DNA of 63,479 nt from Aplysia californica (taxonomy: Eukaryota): contig NW_004797681.1 in assembly GCF_000002075.1 (NCBI RefSeq), positions 395,814 to 459,292 on the forward strand. Direction: 5' to 3'. Of the stretch, positions 26,401 to 37,300 are shown piece by piece. The notes beneath the pieces were generated by a model. The model was not told where the DNA came from. It was given only the letters and a program-made list of their open reading frames with translations, and made no database searches. Each line of letters begins with the position of its first letter. Within the stretch, counting starts at the first letter, position 1. A program made the translations under genes and the position numbers.

Positions 26401-29400
26401 AAACATCCTTGCAGGTCTGCCATGAATTGCTTGCATTAATTGAATACAGAAAAGTGTGTTGTGCGGGGGGTTGGAAGAGGGGGAGGGGTTTACTTGTCCA
26501 GTTCAGTGTGCACCATCTTGACCTGCTGCTTATCTAGTCTTGTTTTTTGGTATTGAAAAGTTGGCAGCTGTTCATTCTGGTACTGTTTACAGGGAGCAGC
26601 AAGAGATTGTATGGAAAAGCGGCGAGAAACCTGCCCAAGAAGCAAAGCCATGAGCTGGATAACGGCCTGGTTCCCCTGCCAGCGAAAGTTTGCTTTACTT
26701 GTAACAAGTAGGTATTGCAGTTTTGGCAACTTGTCCAAGAAGTAAAAGATTAGGGATGATTCTTGAGTCTGCTTTTGATGTCACATCTCCTCAATAGTCT
26801 TTCAATTAATTCATTTTCAGCATCTAGTTTGCCTTTTATTGTTATTTAAAAAAAAAAATTGAACAAGTTTTTCGATTTGTTCTGGAAAGGGTTTAAATTG
26901 TCACAGTGTAATTTTTAAAAAATTTGGTAGTGGGAACATGGGAGGGGGTGTTTAAATACCTGTAAAGTTGGTCTCTTTGTCACAGCAAATGTTTATTACA
27001 AAGTGGCTATGCTCATAAGCAAGTTGGTTCAACTTCTTGATAGTTACATTAAACAACAGTTTATTTGTAGAAATCCATGGCTTTTGGGGCCCTGGAAAGT
27101 TTTCCTACCATATAGTCATTTTTCTCCCCGTATCTCTGCTACCTATACACAGTGCTTCCAGTCTTCCGTAATTTGCGGATTTCGGAAAATGGAAAAATTT
27201 CCGTAAAAAGTCGTGCTAAAAAGATGTTTAATTTTGAAAAATTTCCGTAATTACTAATAGTCAACAATAGCCAACCCATGCCGGAAGTGCTCTTTTATTT
27301 GAAGGTGTAGACAGTGTCTTTCACTTTCTAAAGCACAAGAAGCAGTGCACCAGCACAGTAAACCAGATGTGGTTTGATAGATCTGTGGCCTGCCAAAAAA
27401 AAAGAAAATTCTAAAGAGAGCTTGATTTTTTTTTTTTTTTAAAGACTTGTTTTTTTGCAAATATTGCGGATTTAAGTTGAATATAAGCTGTCAAGTTATT
27501 TAGATCTAGCTGTTATACTATTATAACGATTCTACACATTATCGTCATGGTGCAAACCAACACACAAGCAGAAAAAAGTTGAACATTAACTGTCAAGTTT
27601 TATAGATCTAGCTGTTATACTACTGTTATGATGTGCAGTATGGGTACAAGGGAGAAAGCATAGCCTTGGATTTATATATGGATTAACACGTAAGCAGAAA
27701 ATTATGTGCAAGGTAATCTCGTTTTTTTCTAACTTGTAAATGTTCTTGTTAAATTTAGGCTTGAATAGCCAGAAATGACATACTTAGGATGCCCTGAAAT
27801 AATAAAAAAATCTCAAACATCTCGGAAAATGACATCAATTGCTGGAAGCTCCTTATACAGTGCAGCAATCTACCCAAACCTTTTGGCTGAACTTTGATGA
27901 CAAGTATGTATTTTCTCAATTGGAATGTGCTAATCAGCCTTTTTCTAGACACATTAGTTAGCAATGCCAATGAAAATTAAATTTTTTGCTTTGGCCCTTT
28001 TTTATTTGGTAATTTGAACGTTTTCAATTCTAAGAATTATGCTTTTGAATTTTAAGAATCGGTTCATAAATAAAAAAAAGTAATGATGAGGTTGTAAAGT
28101 TTGGCAAAATATGGATGAACCACATATATATATATAAGAAAATACTCCTAAAAGTGTACCACGCAGTAGCAGATTGTGTAAGAAAATCGACGGTATCTCA
28201 GTAATTAATTGGAGTTAGAATCTTCGCTTCCCATTGTGTTTTTGGGTGGAGAAATCATTTTTGCAGTCAGATTTACAAACCATTTTGTAGTTATTTTGTT
28301 ATAATTAAAATTTTGGTGTATATATTTCGATTTTGCGAGAAAGGGGTTTCGGGATAAGGGGATTTTATTTATAGCATCGTATCGCAACATGGCAACTTTA
28401 AGAATGTTTGCAGCGTGACTAAATAATAGCAAAGCTTTCTTTGATGACTTTAGACCATGCCAACCTTATAATGTAAGTTAAGTCAATCAAGCATGCTGTT
28501 CAATTAAAACTCCCCCCCCCCTCCCCCCCCCCCGAGACACGCAACACTTCGAGGCTTCTCGCCTCGGAATACCCCCATTACAATGTTACAGGGGAACAGA
28601 AAAACAACGGGATGCGCGTGCGCGCCTTTACCTATTTCAAGTGACCAATGAACGGGCTCGGAATAGTCATGCGGGGGTTTGTAGGTCACATACATTTGCT
28701 GAGGGAGTGAGGGGAAAATGGCCGGTCTCCGTGTGAAGCCGCTGTGGACAGGGGGGTAGTGGTACATTTATGATAAATTCTAAACAACTACTTGACACAG
28801 AAGATTAAAATTTGAGCACACTACAGAGGAAAGATAGGTCTTATACCTTCTCGACGTTGAATATCAAGTTCCTTATAGTTTTCGGTGTACCCGATATAAA
28901 AGTGTTTTCGACACCAAAAGTTTAGGTTAATTTATATGTACGATTTTCGACGCTTCATATCATTAGTTTGCCCTATTTTGTGATTGGTTGCCAAGTTTCA
29001 TTCACATTGATCCAGAGATAGCGCAGAACGAGCTCGAGAAAGTTAGTCACTTGCGCTCTGACCTGGTCCAAAAATTCATCTGAAAACGGGGACCAAAATT
29101 TCGCTGCAAGCGGAAGCCCGATTGGTATTGCTACATTAGTTAAATTTCCCTTTCCGGCACTTTTTTTTAAAAAGCACTGATTTGAAAACAAATTTTTGTC
29201 ACCAAATATGGGTCTTTGGATATGGAGTTGGATTTTTCACTCGGTCACGATTGTTTTGTCTTTTTAAAAAAAAAAAATGTTTCCTGTTGGGAAGAGGGTG
29301 ACCATAAGAAACAAGTACATGTGCTATGTTGTTGTTTGTTCTGAGTTCTCAGAATATGTAGATACTTGGAACAAAAAGTCTATTGTCTTGGCATGTGGAT

Positions 29401-31298
29401 GAATGACGATGTGACATCTTGTAATGGTGAAGCGGGTGGTCAGAAGGTGTTACAAGTAGGTCCTTTATTTTTCTTTCATTTTGTTGTTCATGGCTCTGTC
29501 TGTCTTACTTTTTAACCTGCACTAAATGATCATTGTTGTGTTATACTGCACTAAATGATCATTGTTGTGTTATGTGCTTCTCTTTACTCAAATAAGCAAT
29601 GAAGGTGATGTTTGCCCACTGACTTTGTTTCTCTTTTTTTCTTTCTTAGGAGCTGCCGGATAGCACCACTGATCCAGTGTGACTTCTGTCCTCTCTTGTT
29701 TCACTTGGACTGCCTGAACCCTCCCCTCACCTCACTGCCCACTGGACGATGGATGTGCCCGAATCATGTGGAACATTTCCTGGTGGGTTTTGTTGTTGAA
29801 AATGTTTGCTGCTACCTGCCACTTTATTATGGATTTTGTTAGGGGGGGGGGGGGTGAAGTTGTCTTTGTACTGAAACAATTTCAGAGTTAACTGGGGTTT
29901 TTTTGTGGTCTCGCGAGTTAAATTGTGCTTCTTCCCCTAAAACTTGAATTAGTTTTTTTACCTCTTGGAATCAATTTCTGAGCCGTTGGTGGTGATGTTA
30001 TAACATGTTATAAATAATCAAAACACTGTAGTAAATCTTAGTAAATATAATCCCAAACTATAGTCTATCACTTGATGTAACTGCATTAATTAAAGAGGAT
30101 TTTTTGGGGGGATAAATGGTTTCCTAGCCTTACAGTCATGGGGAAGGTTGTTTAGAAAGGCAAACGTTGAATGCTATGCGGAACTAACCTACCATCTACA
30201 TTTGTTGTATTCTTTGCTGTGGTTGGAGGGTGTTCTGGTGTGGTTTGCTCCTTCTTTCCTATCAAACATCTATCGTCCTTATTTCCCCTTCTTCTTTTTT
30301 ATGTTTGTTACTCTCTTGTAACACCTCTAATCGTCTGGTGCTCATATGACCGTATGCAGTTGGGAGTGCCATAAAACCTTTACTAAAAAAAGCTGTATTC
30401 ACTAACAAGAAAGCTAGAAATGTTTGTGCTTTGAACTCCTTCAGAATATTTTTGTTTGAGCTGAAGTACACTATTTGTCAACAAAAAACATGTTTTTCAA
30501 CATTTGCTGTTAGACACAGTCTTACTAGTGGATCTAGGTCCATATGTCTGTGAAGTCAGTGGAAAACAAGTTTCCCCAATGTTGATCCCATTCTCTATAA
30601 TATGTCTACTACAGGATTCCCATTTACTGAGGAGCCAGAGCCTGACAGAGAGATTACGGCTGTGGGACCGGTACTCGGGGTTAGTGGACAGTCACACTGT
30701 CAAGGTGGACTTCCTCAATAAGGTTCACCGCAAAGATCCCATGTTCAGACTCAAGAGGAAACTGCCGGCACGGCCAACCATAAGCGTAAGTTTTTTCTTA
30801 GTTTTTTTTTTTTCAGCCACATTACATATTTAAAGATACTGATAAATTTTACAGTAACTGTTGAATTTCATTAGTTTTGGTAAAGAAAGATTGCCTCTAA
30901 GATTAGCAGGCAAATACCCGGGGAACCCCCATCCCCCCCAAATCAGGAAAACTGTCTTGTTAGCAGTAAGCCCCTTGTTGTACATGCTTCTCTGCTGTGA
31001 AACCACCACCCCCAAGTTCCTGCGTTATTTCTGAAAAATGTCCTTTTGTCTTTCTCCAGGTGCCTCCAGCCATCAAACACTTCTACGAGAACCCAGCCCC
31101 TCTTTTACCAGACCCCTTCAGGGGACCGCCTCCTGCTACTGCTGCACACGAGTTGCCGGGGGCCAGGGGAACCTATGCAGCCACCTTAGATGAACAAGAA
31201 GAGGTAAAGGGAACATTTTCCAGTTGTTTTGAAATCTTATGTACTTAGTTTGAACCCAATCTTTTTATCCCCCCCCCCCACACACACACTCCCCCCCC

Positions 31299-31335
<37 letters not shown>

Positions 31336-34300
31336 CCCCCCCCCCTCATTGCATTTAGGGTGTGTGAGGGCTAGATACCCATCCTGAGAAGTGACCAGGT
31401 GTGTGGATATGGACTATTCCTGTGGGGAAATTTGGTTATGGTGGTGAATGTGCTGTAACAATGCAGGCATAAAATAATTCAACGGTCACATTCAATGTCA
31501 TACTTTTTCAGATATTTGTACAAGTGTTCCATTTCTAGTTGCCACAGTGCAATGCCACGGTTTGTATACAGTATTGGATTGCATTTGAATCTGCTCTGGC
31601 TCTTCCCTTTTTGTAGATCTAGTTCTCCTTGACGGAGAATCGTTTTTCAAAGGCCTCTTCTGTAACTGGGCAAAATGGTTTTGGTATTGAATGTCTTTTC
31701 AGCTTTACAATTTACTGGTAGATGCGTACTTGCACACCCTTTCAACAGAATTTATGTGTCTGTTTTCAGTGGCTTTCAAGTGTGGTGTCCATGCAGTCCA
31801 GTGTGGCTAAATTCATGGCCCAGAGGCAGTTGCAGAAAACGTTTGATGGTCTCAAGTGTTCCGATTCTACTTTAGCGTCTCACAAACCTACGGCCTCTGT
31901 GGCGCCTGTTGTACAAAAAGACGCTGAATTGTGTGTGACTACCACGTCCTCATCCGTTCCCTCCGATATTTTCATGGAGTCTTCTAAATTATCCTCTTCC
32001 TCCTCATCATCTTCATCTTCATCATCATCGTCAACCAATACTGCGCACGAATCCCTCGACTGTGATAATAAGTTTCAGCAACAATGTTCAACGGCACTTG
32101 TTAACGGAGAGCTAAAGTCAAACTTTGGTGGACTAGCAGCAGACAGAAACAGTTGTGCACCAAACAGGACTGGAAATTCGTTTTCATTGTTGCACAACAG
32201 CACTGTTGGGAAAACGTATAACAATAACAATGGAGTAAGCAATAATTCAGTGGATGTTCCTGCCTTGAATGGAGACTTGGACATGTGTGATGTGGAGATG
32301 TTAGACAGTTTGGAGGAGAGGAAACACTCGGAGGCCCCGCCTCGGCCACGCAGCAATAGTGCGGACTCGGTTCCCTCCCCTTCTGGCAAGTCGGACTGGG
32401 CTCAGGGAGACCATGCGGATGTCATGGCAGTCAACGGCAACAGTGATGGCAGCAGCAGTAAGAGTATTGTCATCAACACTTTCAACAAGAACAATACTGT
32501 TGTCACCAAAGTCTTGCCGGGAATCTCTCAGACGGCGAAGGTGAGAATCTTTTTTTTTTGGGCATAGAGGGTGAAGATGGTTGAGTCTGGGTATATCTGT
32601 ATCTGATTAGAAGGCATAGGTTGGATCTTGTGTGTTCTTGAGGCTAAGATTATACCTTGTTGTGGTTTGAGAAAGAAAGTTATCTGGTAGGTTAGCAGGT
32701 TTTACAATGTTGTGTCAGTGTGGGAGCTGTTTTGTCATGATCTACCCTTGCTAAATGTTGTTTCCTTTTGCATATATATTATTTCCTGTATCAAACCTAC
32801 TGTTCTCAGATTCTCACTTCCAAGGTGCAACTGGTTTTTGTATGTGCTCCTGTATGTCTTTCTGTTGAAATGAGAGCTTGACGTGATTTTAGTTTCCTGT
32901 TCTCCTGTACACAGACAGTGTATTGCCTTGAGTATGAACATGGCTTTTCTCAGTGTGTAGCCACGCTCATGTATTTGCTTTACTCAGTGCTTGTTCACTA
33001 GTGACTCACCTTGTTTTCTTTGGTGATAATTTGATCAGGTAATATTGCCCGGCAGCAAGACAGTGGGCCACACTAACAGTGTCAACTTAGGCAGCAGCAG
33101 CAGCAACAACAACAGTCCCCAGCCCCAGCGACTCCTGGTTCAACCTTCTAAGGCAGCTTCTACCTCCAGCACCACCGTGGTGGGACCAAAAGTCATCACA
33201 GTGTCGGCCACTGCTCTAGGTCAGTGGAGTGGCTGGCTCCTTTCTTGCCACTTTGTTGTGAAAAGCATGTATTGAATCGTTTCCCTTATATGTTTGTTTA
33301 ATATATTTTGTTGTTGTTAGTGTTTTATGGTGCTCGCAACTGCATAGGGTCATATGAGCGCGCGGGACACACTAAACATTTTCAGTTGGTAGGAAGTTTG
33401 GAATTTTTGCCCGGGTGGCAGCCGAAGCCTAATCCTATCAATTTTGGACTACCAAGGGATCTTTAACTTCCGCAACTTGCTCACAGGACCTCCGAGATTT
33501 TTCACCCTTGTCCGAGAAGGCTAGGTATAGATCTTTCCTACCAGAAGATCCGGAGTGTGGCTGAAAGACAGCAGTAAGAAGGAGCCATTTCTTCTTTTCT
33601 CTGTCTCTTTTGTCACTGTCTGTTAACCTTGCTTTTTTCCACCCACTGGTGGCTGTTATTGTGTCAATGTGCTTCCCTTTACTGAAACAAACAAGATGAA
33701 CTGATATTTGGTATTCCTGGGTCTCATGAAATCGCTTGTTTTTTTAAAAATACAAAGAAGTAATCAGGCTTTAGGATTGTTAATCAGTAGAGACAAAATT
33801 TTGTCACGCCATATAAGACAGTGACTAAGTGAGCAATTGTTTTGATTCTCATTTTCAGGTCGATCAAACAGCAACAACAACAATAACGTGTCGGTTTCTT
33901 TTGGAAAGTCGGGTAATTCATCAGTCAGCAGTATTCTTCCTGCTGTTCAGAATCTTAACCAAGCTCTGCAGCAATGGATTTCTGAAGGGGCAGGTAGGTG
34001 GTCATGGAGTGAACTTGTTTTGTGTGTCCAGAGCTAGAGAAAAGATCAAGAAATATTTGTGTGTGTGTGGGAGGGGGGAGAGGGGATGGTGTTGTTTTTT
34101 GTGTTCAGAGCTTGGGAAAAGACCGGTGTTTTAGTGTATGTCTAGAGTTAGGGACAGATTAGTCAGTGATGTTGTGTGTGATTAGTCAGGAAAATATCAA
34201 GTGTTCTTGTGTGTATCATAGGGATGGGCAGGTACCGGTACCCGGTAACGGAACTCCCGGTTCTACCGAAGGAGGTGTCAGTACCGGCACCAGGCCTCCA

Positions 34301-37300
34301 GTACCAGCTCTGGGAAGGAGCCAACACCAACGGCTTTTTACCGGGCCATGGGAAATGTGCAGTGTGTAGGCCTAGGCTCAGACCGAAGGGCTAGAACCCA
34401 AATGGCCGCTGGATCGGAAAAGTAAAAGTAAAGTAGGCCTAGGCCTAGCAGCTGTGACGTAAGATGTATAACGCAACGGGTTACCTTGATACATAGCTTA
34501 CATTCAAAATTGACACTCAAAACAGTTTGCTTAAAATTAAATATGGCTTCAAATCAGGTTTCACGCTAGCCACTTGGCTTATTTTGATACGCTGATTCCG
34601 AAAATAAAATTAATTTTTTGCGGCGATAATTATTTAAAAAATTCTGCATGCAAAGTTTAATTCCGCACGACAGCAAACTTCAAAGGTATTTTGCGTCACA
34701 GTTCACCTCTCCAATTGTTACTTGTGTGGGCGTGTGATTTTTTTAGGGGGCAGGGGGGATGATGCGGGCCGCGCTGATCGACGCGAGACACAGTCTGTGA
34801 CATCACCTCCTGGTGTCACTCACACTGGCGGTGCCTAGAAAGTAGCGACACTGGGTTTCGCCAGTACCGCCCAGCACTAGTGAATCGGGGGTTTAAGAAA
34901 AGGTCAGCAAGTATTCTTGTGTGTATCAGGGGTTAGGGAAAAGATCGGCACGTGTTGTGTGTATCAAGGCAAGGGAAATCAAGGGCAATTATTGTTAACT
35001 AAAGAAATAATTATGAGGTTTGTGGTTTGAGAAAAATGAAGTCTGATGTGGACTGAGATGTGAGTCTGTGGAGTAGCAACCATTGTCCACACTGTAGTGT
35101 GATATGTTGAGTATCCACTGGTTCGGTCTTCTCTGGGTTCCAAACTCCTCAAATTAGGCATTGCTGATGTTTCAATGGGGCACTTGTAGGTCCATCTTCT
35201 TTTCTTTTTGTCTTACTCTTTTCTTGCACTCAGTGACAGTTGTTGTGTCCATGTGCTTCTGTTGACTCAAACGAACAGTCTTGACGCTTTCTTGGTGTTA
35301 ATTTATCTGCAGATTTTGAGCTCACCAAGTTTGATGAGAAGCTGACCCAGCTGTTGGCCTGGCAGCGTCTGCAGCAGCTTTTACCCTCGTCCAAGTCCAG
35401 CTGCAGCCAGCTCCCGGCTGCCACCTCCAGCATGTCAAGCAGCAGCACGTCTGTCACCTCCTCCTCCAGCTCCTCAGGGAAGAAAGGACTTCTCAATGCA
35501 TACCTGTCGCAGCAGAGTAAGTTGCCCGCCTCCCACGGGATAGGTTCCTACACCAGCTAGTAGGTTTGGCTGTCTTAGCTTTCTGCTTATTGTATCTTAT
35601 GTTGGGAAATGTTCTCACTTATGGTACATATTGGTACTCACTTCCTCCTTTTGTGTGTGTTTGTTGCTCTCTTGTAACGCCTCTAATCTTTGACACGTAT
35701 TCGACCTGATTGTGTTTCAAGTGCTGTAAAGCTCTCACTAAAACAACATACTTATTAAAATATACGTTATAAAAAGAATTAATTACCATACCTGTTTTTC
35801 TTTTTCAGTTTTGTATTGTTATTGATTTGACTATTTTAGGTGAGAAATTAACTTTGTAGCTGAGATGTGAGATCAAAAAAATGATGTACGGTGGAGTCCG
35901 CCTAAACTGAACAGGGTTAGTCTAAAAACGATGACAAACATTAAAGAAAATATTTTTTTTTTCCCTCTCTGTTGGAGCAATCTGTCTAAACCAAAAACAA
36001 GGCTAAACTGGAGAAAATTTGTCTATGTTGGGTTAGAGGCAGAAGTCCTTATGCAATGGGGGTTTTTTTCTTCAGGTAATGCTGAAGTTCGAGCAAGAGC
36101 TGTGTTATGTCCCCTGTCTGGCAAAGGTCAAGCCATTCCGATGCCGTACAGGTCTCTCAGTCTGGGCACAGGTTGGTACTGTTTTAGAACTTGTTGTGTG
36201 ACAATAGGTGTGGGAAGTGATTCTTTTGTTTAGGCAGTGTGTGGTGTCGATGACATTGTGGTTAGGCTCTCGGACTCCTTGCGGCAAGGCGCTTTATAGG
36301 AATTTTCCTCACTGCACCCAGATGGGAATGGGTACCTGGCCCCAGACAGTGAAAAATCTTGTCAGTTTGCTAATGTTTTATTGCTGAATCAGCTTCTTGC
36401 ATTGTAATTTTCCAAGGAAGCTGAGAATGTTTTTGAATGGGGTCTGCTGGTAAAGATACAGATTGTAAAGTGCATAGAGCTTACTGTTGAGCAGGGGTAT
36501 GCGCTCTATAAATATTATTCTTATTATTATCATTACTATTATTACTTCTGTTAGTGGTTTTTCAGATCTCAGGGGCATAACTTTGTTCTCTCATAGTGCA
36601 GGCAATGCATATACTGTAATACAAACTACAGGAATCTGTGTTGACTTACAAATAGCAAAAGAAAAGTGTTCAATCACCTGGCCTATTGCGGTTGCTTTAG
36701 TTTACACTTTTCACCCGAAACTCTACTTATCTTTGTGTTTTTATGAAAGAGAAAACCCCTCCCGATAAAGTATATTTACTTTGTAGGATTTTTTAATGCA
36801 AAGTCTTCGTCATGGCCCCCTGTTGTTGTATTGCTATATTGACATCATGGCTAAATGATGCAACAAGCCATATATTCTGCTTTCATTGTGTTTAATGGTC
36901 TTTTTTTTTCTTCTAGGTGCAGATATGGATGTGTGTCTTAGTGAATTTGGCCACTGCAATTTTATTTCTGGCCATCATGCAACCATTTTCTATGATGAGG
37001 TGGGTGTCCATTTTAAAAATTGTTCTGTACTATTGTTTGGATGTGCTTTCAATTTCATGTTTTGTTCAGATGTATTGTTCCATAATGTTTCCACCCAAAA
37101 GATGCATAGTTTTCCTGAGGATGAACCGGTCGTGATAATGCAAACTCAGTCAGTCTTTGTGATGCTACATTTTTGTGTTGTCACTTGCTGAGAAATTCAG
37201 TCGCCCCTCGGGGTAGTGCCACTGACTGCAGTGTCTTTAGGCCATTCCCAAAGGGGGGACATTTCTCGTTCAAGCACAGTAGAATTGTAAATGGGCTGAT

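Noticed and set aside
26708-26717. Tandem donor gtag|gtatt after PHF12 exon 5 that would create AAG TAG (possible NMD switch)
   Set aside because: GTAGGT is a common donor variant, and nothing in the sequence shows the second site is used.
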